From IMG/VR virus record IMGVR_UViG_3300010397_000045, positions 9,000 through 72,999 of that record: DNA of 64,000 nucleotides; one strand, 5' to 3'. The position numbers and the translations under genes were made by a program. The stretch is from a virus. Every line of letters starts with the position of its first letter. Positions within the stretch are counted from its first letter, which is position 1. Positions 25,824 through 35,283 of this stretch are shown in pieces. A model generated the notes under the pieces. That model searched no databases. It was not told the DNA's origin and was given only the letters and a program-made list of their open reading frames with translations.

Positions 25824-26563
25824 CGTTCGCACTCAGATCAAAAACTGGATTAGTACCTAACGGGCCGTCGTCGTTCCCGGCGGGCGTGACGCCGGGTGAC
25901 CTGTTGGTTGGGTTTACGGCGACTGATGGCAACGGTCAGACGTTTACCACGCCCAACCCAGGCGGTACGCAACCGTGGGTCAGGCTGGGTACGGCTGTCA
26001 ATGCGACCTCCGTGTGTGTCATTGCGCGTTTCTACCAGGCAGGTGACACGGTGCCGCCGTTCGTGTGGTCCGGTGGCAATGTCGAGGCTGACATTGCGGC
26101 GTTCTCGGGCGGCACGTACACCGACCTGGCGACCATCGTCGATCAGTATTCGGACCGCGCTTCTACGAGCACCACGCTGATAGTGTTGAATGGTGGATCA
26201 TTAGCGCCCACGAAAGACAACGGCTTGGCTATCATGGGTGGCCGGATACGCAAGACCAGCGTGTCTGACGCTGCGACGTTCAGCGCCATGCCGACTGGTT
26301 TTACCAAGCTCTCGAGTGCAAATCCAAACGGCAACAATCAGGCGACGGTCTGGATGTATTCCATCCAGGGCGCCAAGGCTACGATCGCACTCCAGCAGAC
26401 TGTTGCGATGAACGTGCCAGAGAGTGCGGGCCAGAACACCCAGGGGTTGGGGATGGTGCTGTTCGTCGGTACGGCCGTACCTTCTGGGGCTGTCGCGCTG
26501 GCTGGAGGCAACCCGAACGTCATACGTGCGCTCAATTCCGTACTCACACCGGTGACTGCCTAA
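25820..26563 (+). CDS. Virion accessory beta-rich protein
   Basis: PAGVTPGDLLV motif; C-terminal VPSGAVALAGGNP repeat unit. Confidence 0.65.
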   Translation: MTFALRSKTGLVPNGPSSFPAGVTPGDLLVGFTATDGNGQTFTTPNPGGTQPWVRLGTAVNATSVCVIARFYQAGDTVPPFVWSGGNVEADIAAFSGGTYTDLATIVDQYSDRASTSTTLIVLNGGSLAPTKDNGLAIMGGRIRKTSVSDAATFSAMPTGFTKLSSANPNGNNQATVWMYSIQGAKATIALQQTVAMNVPESAGQNTQGLGMVLFVGTAVPSGAVALAGGNPNVIRALNSVLTPVTA

Positions 26564-29260
26564 ATGCCAGGCTCAATACGCCAGAAAGTCACGCTGGACC
26601 CGACGCCGTCCGACATGGATATGATGTTCGGCACGCCTGAGGCCATGTGGGCGGCATTCCCACTGGCTACGTTGCCGGGTAGCACCATCCTGGCGATGAC
26701 GCAGATCGCCAACCTGTCCAGTAACACCATCACGGCTTTTTCCGATACCGTCAATGGCTCCTGGCCATCGGCGTTGCGACGCCTGAGTAATCCGTCCTTC
26801 GGCAGTGACAACGCCTTGTGGTGTCTGCAGAACGCAGCGTCTATCCCTGCCGGGGCGTTCGGCCGGGCGACTTCGGCTGGCACCAAGACCACACTGACGG
26901 ACAACAATAACACGTGGACTACCAACCAATGGGCGGGCGCTTTCTTCCGCAGCGTCAACCAGGCGTTCGAGACGACCGTGCTGTCCAACACGGCGCACAC
27001 GCTCACGTTGAGTTCGTCACTGCCTGCGGCGGTTGCCAACGGTGAGACGTATGTCGTAGGTGGGTGGTTGAAGGCGACAGCCAGTGGCTTCGATGACTTC
27101 AACGCGTTCACTATAGTCGAGGTGCAGGGAGTGGCGGCATCGTCACTCATCGACCACAACGCCGCGGTCACTACTACGTCCACTCCTGGCACTAACGATA
27201 TCTCGACGGGCTCCATAGCGGGAGGCTCGGCGCCGGCGACCATCGTGTGCTTCGGTGTCAACGATGTTGATAATCACACGACGTACGTGCCATTGGCGGA
27301 CACGACGGCGACGGATGACGGTACGGCCTGGTCGTGGAGCCTCGGCCAGCCGATCATGCGCATTCAGCATTACAACAAGACCAACCCAGGTACGTTCACG
27401 GGTCACTTCAGCTCGCAGGCCACGGGTGGAGACCATTACCAGTCGTTCATAGTCGGTCTACGGGACGCGACCAACGCCCCGACGGCAGGCAGTATCGCGC
27501 TGACCGGTCTCGGGCCGGTCATGAATATTGGCATTAAGGTCTCCACGGCATCCTTGGGGTTGACTGGAGTTGCATCGGCCGTATTGCCTGGTGTTGCCCC
27601 ACAGATGTTGCAGGGTGTGCTGCAGCTTGTTGGATTGGCACCGCAACTCGCTCTCGGCATCATACTGACAGGCGGTGGAAACCTGGGGTTGACAGGCAAC
27701 GCTCCGGTTCTGTCCACCGGCAATACGACTCTGATACCCGGTACCGGAAGCGCGCAGATCACAGGCGCCGCCCCTGGACTGCTCCCCAAGGTTATACCGA
27801 CCGCAGGCGCGCTCGGGTTGGTGGGAGCGGCTCCGCAGTTGGGCCTGAACATCGTCATGGGTGGTGTCACCACAGGGGCATTGAGCCTGGCGTCGAGCGG
27901 CCCCAGCATCGGTCCCGGGATCGTACCTCCGGCCGGGACCATCGTATTGACGGCCGTCGGGTTGCGTGCGCCTAACATAGCCCCTTCTGCCGGTAGCCTG
28001 ACACTGACCGGACTGGCTCCGACACCCAACCAGGGCTCACCCATAGCGGTGCCGGCTGCGGTTGCGATTTCCATGCAGGGGGTGGCGCCCAACCTGACTT
28101 TGAGCGTGCCAGCTCCGCCTACCGCCAACCTGGTGCTGGGTGGGTACGCTCCGCAGTTGTTCTTCCAGTATTTCCTGACGCCGGGCACAGGTGCCCTATC
28201 TGTGGTTGGCAACCTTCTTGGGGGGCAGGTCACCAACGTCCAGTTGGGTACGACGCCGGGCCAGGTGCTCATCTCTGGTGCGGCGCCTGCACTGGGTATA
28301 AGGCTCAACACGGCGGCCGGCGCGTTGGTTGTCGCGGGTCAGGCACCCGTGATTGTTGCCGGTACAGTGTTGGTACCGAGTACGGCGGCGTTGCAATTCT
28401 CGGGGGCGGCTCCCGCGTTTGCCGGCGGGCTCGGGTTGGCACCGAGCGCCGGAAGCCTGTCACTCGCCGGCACGGCGCCGGTGGTGACGCGGACGAACGT
28501 CATACCCGCGGGCTCTGTGGCCATCGCGGGGCAGGCACCGAAGTTGGGTCTGACGATAGCCCCGTCGGTTGGCAACCTGGCATTCGCGGGTGCGGCGGGT
28601 ACGGTCAACGGCCAGACCATCATCGTACCATCCGTAGGCGCGTTGTCGTTCTCCGGCTCTGTTCCGACGCAGAATTACTTCAGGACGCCTTCGCCGGGTG
28701 CGGTGGCCCTCGCGACGGCACCCCCGGTACTCAATCTCGGCATGACTCCAGCCGTCGGGTCGTTGGCTGTGTTGGGTGGCGCGGCATCTGTGTCACAGGC
28801 AGGTTTGCCACTTCCGCAGACTGGCGTGATCGCCGTGACGGGCGCGGCGCCTCGGATGGACCTACGTATTGCGGTGCCGGCGGGTGGGCTCGCGCTGTCG
28901 AGCGCCCTACCTTTGGTCAACTCGCTTACGACGTTGACACCTGCGGCGGGGTCAATTACTTTTGCGTCTGTTGGTTCAGGTGTTTTACACGTGGGTGTCA
29001 TCGTCCCACCATCTGGCCGGGTCGGGTTCTCGAGCGATCCGTCGCAGATGTCGCGGCAGGGGTTCGCGGCACCAGGTACGGTCAGGATCAGCATCAACGG
29101 CGGCGTCCCGATCGTATACCAGACTACCAACGGATTCATCATCCCGGGCACCGCAAGCCTGAGCATGGTTGGTCAGCCGGCTATCAACTCGCTGTACACC
29201 ATGGACGATCCGCTGATAGTCATCTTGCCGGGTCCCGTGGACTACATAGTCATACTGTAA
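26564..29260 (+). CDS. Large virion fibre-like protein: N-terminal globular domain plus about 590 aa of PxxGx(I/L)xLxGxAP repeats
   Basis: 898 aa; repeats such as APTAGSIALTGLGP, IPTAGALGLVGAAP and APSAGSLSLAGTAP. Confidence 0.75.
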   Translation: MPGSIRQKVTLDPTPSDMDMMFGTPEAMWAAFPLATLPGSTILAMTQIANLSSNTITAFSDTVNGSWPSALRRLSNPSFGSDNALWCLQNAASIPAGAFGRATSAGTKTTLTDNNNTWTTNQWAGAFFRSVNQAFETTVLSNTAHTLTLSSSLPAAVANGETYVVGGWLKATASGFDDFNAFTIVEVQGVAASSLIDHNAAVTTTSTPGTNDISTGSIAGGSAPATIVCFGVNDVDNHTTYVPLADTTATDDGTAWSWSLGQPIMRIQHYNKTNPGTFTGHFSSQATGGDHYQSFIVGLRDATNAPTAGSIALTGLGPVMNIGIKVSTASLGLTGVASAVLPGVAPQMLQGVLQLVGLAPQLALGIILTGGGNLGLTGNAPVLSTGNTTLIPGTGSAQITGAAPGLLPKVIPTAGALGLVGAAPQLGLNIVMGGVTTGALSLASSGPSIGPGIVPPAGTIVLTAVGLRAPNIAPSAGSLTLTGLAPTPNQGSPIAVPAAVAISMQGVAPNLTLSVPAPPTANLVLGGYAPQLFFQYFLTPGTGALSVVGNLLGGQVTNVQLGTTPGQVLISGAAPALGIRLNTAAGALVVAGQAPVIVAGTVLVPSTAALQFSGAAPAFAGGLGLAPSAGSLSLAGTAPVVTRTNVIPAGSVAIAGQAPKLGLTIAPSVGNLAFAGAAGTVNGQTIIVPSVGALSFSGSVPTQNYFRTPSPGAVALATAPPVLNLGMTPAVGSLAVLGGAASVSQAGLPLPQTGVIAVTGAAPRMDLRIAVPAGGLALSSALPLVNSLTTLTPAAGSITFASVGSGVLHVGVIVPPSGRVGFSSDPSQMSRQGFAAPGTVRISINGGVPIVYQTTNGFIIPGTASLSMVGQPAINSLYTMDDPLIVILPGPVDYIVIL

Positions 29261-29270
29261 GGGTGCATCG

Positions 29271-29591
29271 ATGCTTCAATTTCCAGACATAGACCCAGAT
29301 GCGATCAGAGTCCTGGCGTTTGACGCCAGCAACCAGTTGCGGCCGGATGAAGTGTTGATGGGTGGGGTTACGATCCTGGCGTTGATATGCACGGCCGGGT
29401 TGGACCCGAACCCCAACGGCATGGTCATCGGCCCGACCTCATACGACCCTGCCGGGCGGCAGATGCTGGTTCCGGTGGCTCCCACCCTGCTTCGCAACGG
29501 TAACGATTACGAGATCGAGGTCGCATCTGCCACGAACCAACCCCCGAAGTTGATCGTGGGCCGCGCGCTACTGTCTGTCAGGATATCATAG
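29271..29591 (+). CDS. Putative fibre adaptor protein
   Basis: 106 aa; DPDAIRVLAFD N-terminal motif recalled from small adaptors that follow fibre genes. Confidence 0.5.
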   Translation: MLQFPDIDPDAIRVLAFDASNQLRPDEVLMGGVTILALICTAGLDPNPNGMVIGPTSYDPAGRQMLVPVAPTLLRNGNDYEIEVASATNQPPKLIVGRALLSVRIS

Positions 29592-29593
29592 CT

Positions 29594-31498
29594 ATGCCTA
29601 TCCACAAAACATCGGGTGGTTGGCAGTGGGGTAATAACGGTCACGTGTACCCCAACCGCGAGGGTGCCGAGAAGCAGGCGGCCGCGGCGCACGCGCATGG
29701 TTTTACCGGAGACGCCAACGCCGCAGGCGTCGCCCTGCGTTCGCCCCAAGGCCGTCTGCTGTTCCTCAAACGCAGCGACGCCGGCGATCACCCTGGTGAG
29801 TGGTGCTTTCCCGGTGGGAAGATCGAGGCGGGCGAGGATTCACTGGCTGCGGCGTTGCGTGAGACCCGTGAAGAGACGGGACACAACGTCAAAGAGACGA
29901 CGCCGGTTGAGTCACGCAACGGATTTGCGACGTTTGCGGAAGCGGTCGAGCAAGAGTTCGTCCCGGCCTTGAACGAGGAACACACGGCCTACGCCTGGGC
30001 GAACCCGTGGGACGCGCCAGAGCCGTTGCATCCGGGCGTCAAGGAGACTTTGAGCATGCTGTCGTCAAACCGCATACACGATGCTGACACGTTGGATTTT
30101 GCCGGGTACTACGCGCCCGAGAAGATCCGGGGCACGGAGAAGCGTCGCATAACCCCGGAAGGGTTTATGGTCATCGAGGGTAATCCGATCGCCCGCATAG
30201 GTGAGCAGGTCTACAACTCGCGCGAGATCAACAAGGATGTGTCCACCGATGACCCGAAATACATCAAGCCCAACGGCTCCGGCGTCATCGTAGTCGAGCG
30301 CCTCGAGGAAGAGGTGTTCCACCCGGAGACGCTCGCCTCCTTCGAAGGCAAGGATCTGACCATCGAACACCCTCCAGAGGGTGTTGATATCACCAACTGG
30401 AAAAATATGACCGTGGGGCATGTGCAGAACGTGCGCCGCGGGACTGGCATCGAAGACGACCTGGTGCTCGCCGACATCATAGTCAAAGATCCGATGGCGA
30501 TCGAGCACATCAACAAATACCTCCCGGAAATCTCGGCCGGTTACCGTGCCGATTACGAGCCGGTCGAGCCTGGGAGGGCTATTCAGCGCAACATTATCGG
30601 CAATCATGTGGCCGGGGTAAAAGCCGGGCGCGCAGGTGCCCGGGTTGCAATCCGTGACCATGCAATAGATACAGGAGACATAGATATGCCCACGCCAAAC
30701 CGGACGTCAGTGTTGCGCGCAGTGCTCGCAGCAATTGGGGTCAAGACGGAAGACGTTGCCCGAGTCGAGTCGGCCGTGAGTGCGGTCGACACTATCGACG
30801 AGTCCAGCAACGAGAAGGAGACCGCGAAGAAGATGCACGAGATTTCGAATGACATGAAGGCCGTCAAGGACTGGATGGCTGCACGCGATGCCGAGCGCGA
30901 GGAGGAGAAGAAGATTGCGAAGGAGGCGCTCGACAAGAAGACGCGCGATGCTGAGAAGGAGGAGACCGAGAAGGCTGCGGCAGCCAAGGAGTTGGCTGAG
31001 AAAGAAGCTGTCGGTGACACCATCATCGAGGCCGAGGGCACCGGTAGCGCGGTCAACCTGGGCAAGACCTGGAAAGGGTCGATGACGGGCGACGCAGCCG
31101 CCGAGGAGCCGATCCTCTCGGCGATCAACGCCCGCGCGGAGATCCTGGCACCGGGAGCTCCTAAGCTCACGGCGGACTCTATCAAGGGCAATCAGGGGCG
31201 TGCTCTCGCGGCACATCTGCGTTACGTGTTGACGCAGCATGCCACCACTCCCACCGGCCGCGTCAATGTGCAGCAGTTTCTCGTTGGTGATTCGATTGAG
31301 AAATTGAGTGGCACCAAGCTGGTAGGTGTGTTCAACGGTGCCGCGGCGTTGGCCCGTGCCAAGAACAACCAGTTGTCGTTGGTGACGGCGCGTCGCGCGA
31401 CTTCTGATGGAGTTAGCAAGGCGCCACGTACCGCGGCCGAGATCAATGCTGCCAACCGTGAGTATTGGGCAAAACGTAACGGCGGGGCGTCTTCGTAA
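29594..31498 (+). CDS. NUDIX hydrolase fused to DUF2213 prohead protease/scaffold
   Basis: Nudix box GGKIEAGEDSLAAALRETREETG; TPEGF...IARIGEQVY...SFEGKDLTIEHP...EISAGY...QRNIIGNHVA...GRAG; charged scaffold tail. Confidence 0.9.
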   Translation: MPIHKTSGGWQWGNNGHVYPNREGAEKQAAAAHAHGFTGDANAAGVALRSPQGRLLFLKRSDAGDHPGEWCFPGGKIEAGEDSLAAALRETREETGHNVKETTPVESRNGFATFAEAVEQEFVPALNEEHTAYAWANPWDAPEPLHPGVKETLSMLSSNRIHDADTLDFAGYYAPEKIRGTEKRRITPEGFMVIEGNPIARIGEQVYNSREINKDVSTDDPKYIKPNGSGVIVVERLEEEVFHPETLASFEGKDLTIEHPPEGVDITNWKNMTVGHVQNVRRGTGIEDDLVLADIIVKDPMAIEHINKYLPEISAGYRADYEPVEPGRAIQRNIIGNHVAGVKAGRAGARVAIRDHAIDTGDIDMPTPNRTSVLRAVLAAIGVKTEDVARVESAVSAVDTIDESSNEKETAKKMHEISNDMKAVKDWMAARDAEREEEKKIAKEALDKKTRDAEKEETEKAAAAKELAEKEAVGDTIIEAEGTGSAVNLGKTWKGSMTGDAAAEEPILSAINARAEILAPGAPKLTADSIKGNQGRALAAHLRYVLTQHATTPTGRVNVQQFLVGDSIEKLSGTKLVGVFNGAAALARAKNNQLSLVTARRATSDGVSKAPRTAAEINAANREYWAKRNGGASS

Positions 31499-31531
31499 AA
31501 CCCTGGCCATTTCATAGAAAGAGGATACAAC

Positions 31532-32035
31532 ATGTCTGTTATCACATTTCGGATGCCTTTCGGTGTCCAGGGTGACATTACCCGCCCTTCACAGGCGCAC
31601 GTCGAGTCACTGGTTTTGGGTGCAACGGCGTTCGCACAGTTCGGGCTCCCGGGTAAGGTCTCCGGCAACAAGTTCATCCCGGTGGCTGCCAACAACGATG
31701 TTATATACGGATTCCTGGCACGTCCGTTTCCAATTACTGGAGCGAGCGCGTCGGACCCGCTCGGAACTTCGGTTCCTCCCGCCACGGGCATTGCCAACGT
31801 TCTGAAGCGCGGTTACATATCGGCACTCGTGCAGCTGAACGCCGCGACCTGTGCGTTGGGGTCTGGTGTGTTCGTGCGGTATCAGAACCCGTCAGGCAGT
31901 CAGATTATCGCAGGTGTCGAAGGTGCGACCACCGGCAACAACTACCAGATCCTGACGGCGACCGCCGCCCAGAACACCTATTTCACTGGCCCGGCGGATG
32001 CCAACAACCTGGCTGAAGTCGCTTTTAACATCTGA
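31532..32035 (+). CDS. Capsid decoration/cement protein
   Basis: FRMPFGVQGDITR...VLKRGYI...AEVAFNI; lies between protease and MCP. Confidence 0.8.
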   Translation: MSVITFRMPFGVQGDITRPSQAHVESLVLGATAFAQFGLPGKVSGNKFIPVAANNDVIYGFLARPFPITGASASDPLGTSVPPATGIANVLKRGYISALVQLNAATCALGSGVFVRYQNPSGSQIIAGVEGATTGNNYQILTATAAQNTYFTGPADANNLAEVAFNI

Positions 32036-32070
32036 GGCTGGAGCCCAGAGTCAATTTGAGGTAAAACAAA

Positions 32071-33180
32071 ATGATCCATGTAGCGTCAGCCTCGCACAAG
32101 CGAGGAATCACGTTGCCTTTGACTGTAGTCAAAGACACCAACACCCCGTTGTTTCGGCGCCGGAGCGTCAGCGTGCCGGAGGCTGCGCGCATGCTGCGCA
32201 ACGTCGATACACGGGATTCGTTCACATTCGATGCCGCCACCGCGGATGCCGCCGGCGTGTTCCTGGTGGGAGAATTGGAGCGGCTCGACCAACGGTTGCA
32301 CATGCCACTGGCATCGGTGACCTGGAGCCGGGACATCGATCTGCGCGAAGATGTTACCATCGCAGATGAGCGTTCCAGCTATACCAACAGCCAGTTCGGC
32401 CAGGTTCCGGGCGTGGCTGGTTCCAACAAGGCGTGGGTCGGCAAGGAAGCCAACGCCATCGTCAACGTGTCGCTCGACATCGGCAAGACAACCCAGCCGC
32501 TAGAGCTGTGGGCGACGACACTGTCGTGGACGATCCCCGAGCTGGCGTCCGCGCAGCAGGTCGGCCGCCCAGTGGACGACCAGAAGCATATGGCGATGCA
32601 GTTGAAGCATCAGATGGACTGCGACGAGCAGGTCTACGTGGGTGATGCTGCGTTGTCTATGCCCGGCCTCCTCAACCATACGCTGCTGACCAACGTCGGC
32701 AACGCGGTCACGGGCAGCTGGGCAGGTGCGACGCCGGCGCAGATCCTGGCCGATGTCAACTCACTGCTCAACAGCGTGTGGGCTGCGGCGGCGTGGGCGG
32801 TGATTCCGAATCGCCTGCTTCTGTCTCCGACCGAGTATTCGATCATCGTGTCTACGTTGATCAGCTCAGCAGGTAACATCTCAATCAAGAAGTTCCTCGA
32901 GATGAACAACCTGGCGTCGGCGAACGGTCAGCCGCTCGAGATCCAGCCTGTCAAATGGCTGCTCGGCACCAACAACTCCAACACCTTGGGCGTCGCCGCG
33001 ACCAACTCCATGTTTGCGTACGTGAAGGACCCGTTGCGGGTGCGGTGGCCGTATGTACCGCTGCAGCGAACCCCCCTCGAGTGGCGGTCTATATGGCAGA
33101 TGGTGACCTACTACGGACGTCTGGGTGTCATGGAGATGGTGTACCCAGAGGTGTGCGGACGTCGGTCTAATCTGGGTTGA
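32071..33180 (+). CDS. Major capsid protein (DUF2184 type)
   Basis: FLVGELERLDQRLHMPLASVTWSRDIDLREDV, WTIPEL, DEQVYVGD and YYGRLG motifs. Confidence 0.93.
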   Translation: MIHVASASHKRGITLPLTVVKDTNTPLFRRRSVSVPEAARMLRNVDTRDSFTFDAATADAAGVFLVGELERLDQRLHMPLASVTWSRDIDLREDVTIADERSSYTNSQFGQVPGVAGSNKAWVGKEANAIVNVSLDIGKTTQPLELWATTLSWTIPELASAQQVGRPVDDQKHMAMQLKHQMDCDEQVYVGDAALSMPGLLNHTLLTNVGNAVTGSWAGATPAQILADVNSLLNSVWAAAAWAVIPNRLLLSPTEYSIIVSTLISSAGNISIKKFLEMNNLASANGQPLEIQPVKWLLGTNNSNTLGVAATNSMFAYVKDPLRVRWPYVPLQRTPLEWRSIWQMVTYYGRLGVMEMVYPEVCGRRSNLG

Positions 33181-33196
33181 GGTTCTGTCACTCAGT

Positions 33197-33221
33197 ACCC
33201 CCGGGTTTCCGGGCCGGGGGT
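33197..33221 (+). terminator. Hairpin after the major capsid gene
   Basis: ACCCCCGG...CCGGGGGT; weak U-tract. Confidence 0.5.
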
Positions 33222-33242
33222 TGATCTTCCGATAAAGGAGCA

Positions 33243-33791
33243 TTGCAAATGAAAGTAGTATTGTTGAGACCGTTCGTGTACTCGCACAGGCCGACCAGCG
33301 GCTCGCGGTTGACGACAGAGACGAAGTTCCTTCCCGACATGAACAAGCAGACCAAGGCGTGGGAGCCGACTGAGACCACCATTCCAGATGACATCTGGAG
33401 TGACCCGTGGGTTTCAGAGCAGTACGCGGATGGCGCCATCGAGCGCCTGGAGGTGACGAAGAACCGCATGCAGATGGCTCACGACAGACTTCAAGAAGAG
33501 CTAGAGGCCAACGCGAAGATCGTGCAGCAGGCAGAGGCGGCGTTCGCGCGGGCGCAGGGTGCGGCGAACGTGAAGCAGCAGCGCGAGAACACGGTTGCCG
33601 ACGAACTTAACACACCAGTCAACCAGTTGAAGAACCAACAGGGGGCTGACATCGGCGGCGCAGACAGGGCTGCGCTGGATCGGGAGTTGAACACACCCGT
33701 CAACGTTCTGCAACAGCGGCAGTCTGGGTCACTCGAGGAGCCCACGCAACCTGAGATCGACGAGCCCAAGAAAGGTCGCAAAGGTAAGTAA
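33243..33791 (+). CDS. Hypothetical head-associated protein
   Basis: AAGGAG RBS; internal duplicated ELNTPVN motif. Confidence 0.65.
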   Translation: MQMKVVLLRPFVYSHRPTSGSRLTTETKFLPDMNKQTKAWEPTETTIPDDIWSDPWVSEQYADGAIERLEVTKNRMQMAHDRLQEELEANAKIVQQAEAAFARAQGAANVKQQRENTVADELNTPVNQLKNQQGADIGGADRAALDRELNTPVNVLQQRQSGSLEEPTQPEIDEPKKGRKGK

Positions 33792-33793
33792 CC

Positions 33794-34273
33794 ATGGCCG
33801 TCACCCCCCAGTCGTTCAGGCAGACGTTCCGGATGTTCAAGAATCCGGACGTTGCGCCGGACGACGCCATCGTGTACTACACCACCCTTGCCATGAACGC
33901 CCTGGCAGGCTCGACAATGGGTACCCGGTTCGATGCCATCTCGCTTGACAGGGCTGTGAGTCTGTACGTGGCACACAGCCTAACCCTCGATGCTCGTGAT
34001 ATAGACGCCATCGGGGGCGGACAGAATCAGACTCCTACTGGGGCGGTACCGGGTGAGATCAAGGGGCCGGCAACCACCAAGACGGTCGACAAGGTGTCGG
34101 TGAGTTTCGACACCAAAGCCGTCAGTTGGGAAGATGAGGCATACTGGAATCAGACACGCTTTGGTGTCGAGCTTGTAAACATGATCAGGATGTTCGGAGC
34201 GGGTGGTATCCAACTGGGAACTCCGGGAGCTGGCGACGTTGATTCTGTTGGCTGGGGTGTGGGTTGGTGGTGA
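33794..34273 (+). CDS. Head-tail adaptor (DUF4054)
   Basis: FRQTF...LYVAH...VDKVSVSFD...WNQTRFG. Confidence 0.85.
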   Translation: MAVTPQSFRQTFRMFKNPDVAPDDAIVYYTTLAMNALAGSTMGTRFDAISLDRAVSLYVAHSLTLDARDIDAIGGGQNQTPTGAVPGEIKGPATTKTVDKVSVSFDTKAVSWEDEAYWNQTRFGVELVNMIRMFGAGGIQLGTPGAGDVDSVGWGVGWW

Positions 34274-34277
34274 TACC

Positions 34278-34904
34278 GTGGCGATAGATATCATAAGGAA
34301 TGACCGGGTGCGTGGGATGTTGCAATCCATCTACGTGCTCACGGGCGAGCAGCTGGTCATCGGCATACCCGAGAACAACTCGCCTAGATCCGACAGTGGG
34401 TTGACCAATGCCGAGCTGGGTTATATCCACGAGCGCGGCGCGCCCGGTGCCAACATACCGGCGCGGCCGTTCCTGGTCCCAGGCGTGCGCAAGGCCGTGC
34501 CGTTCATGCTGCCACATTTGAAACGGGCGTGTAACTTCGCGTTGGATATGAATTACGTCAAGGCGCACAAGGCGCTCGAGCAAGCGGGCTCCGTGGCGGA
34601 GAGGTTCGTCAAGCGTGAGATCATGACTGGCAACTTCGCGCCGCTGCAGCCAAGTACGATCGCCAACCGGTTCCGCGGCCGCGGCGTGTCAGGTCCGTCG
34701 CGCGGTGAGAGACGATATCTGACGCTCATCGGGTTGGGGGCGTCCCCACAGTTGGCGCAGGACGCCGTCGGGATACACCCGCTCATCAACAGCCGCCAGC
34801 TGTATAACTCGATCGGTTATGCTGTGCGGCGGGTATTCCAGGATCGTTGGGTTGACAAGGTCGTGCGTGCTATCAATCAGGTCATTAACGTCAAGGGTAA
34901 GTAA
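34278..34904 (+). CDS. Neck/tail completion protein
   Basis: VIGIP...TNAELGYIHERG...NIPARPFL...APLQPSTI...PLINSRQLYNSI; start moved to GTG 34278. Confidence 0.8.
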   Translation: MAIDIIRNDRVRGMLQSIYVLTGEQLVIGIPENNSPRSDSGLTNAELGYIHERGAPGANIPARPFLVPGVRKAVPFMLPHLKRACNFALDMNYVKAHKALEQAGSVAERFVKREIMTGNFAPLQPSTIANRFRGRGVSGPSRGERRYLTLIGLGASPQLAQDAVGIHPLINSRQLYNSIGYAVRRVFQDRWVDKVVRAINQVINVKGK

Positions 34905-35276
34905 ATGCCACGCCTGGACGTATCCGATGTGTTGACCGACTCTAACTTCTGCGATGCGACGCTCAGGTGCGAGCGGTACAACATCAGCATCAACCCGCAG
35001 GGACGCTCGGTGACGGTTCAGACGCTGCTGGGGTTCGCAGGCGTGATTACCAGCGACTCAGGTGAAAGGTTGAATCGCGGCATCATAGGTGAGCACGCTA
35101 CCGACACCATCACAGTAATCACGCGTTTCAGGCTGCGCGATGCCGGGTCCGGGGCCACAGCCGACATCGTGCAATGGAACGGCAACCGGTACACGGTGGT
35201 GTCGGTCAACGACTACAGCACGTACGGCGTCGGGTTCACAGAAAACATATGCGAAATGGTACCACTGGCAGGATGA
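34905..35276 (+). CDS. Head closure protein
   Basis: MPRLDVSDVLTD...ADIVQWNGNRYTV...DYSTYGVGF. Confidence 0.8.
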   Translation: MPRLDVSDVLTDSNFCDATLRCERYNISINPQGRSVTVQTLLGFAGVITSDSGERLNRGIIGEHATDTITVITRFRLRDAGSGATADIVQWNGNRYTVVSVNDYSTYGVGFTENICEMVPLAG

Positions 35277-35283
35277 ATCAAAC

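Noticed and set aside
24420-34907. Genome-wide stop-codon reassignment suggested by stop-ATG abutments at 24422/24423, 26563/26564 and 34904/34905
   Set aside because: The junctions use both TAG and TAA, conserved genes are full length under code 11, and TAG ends normal genes such as the primase and 2703..3251.
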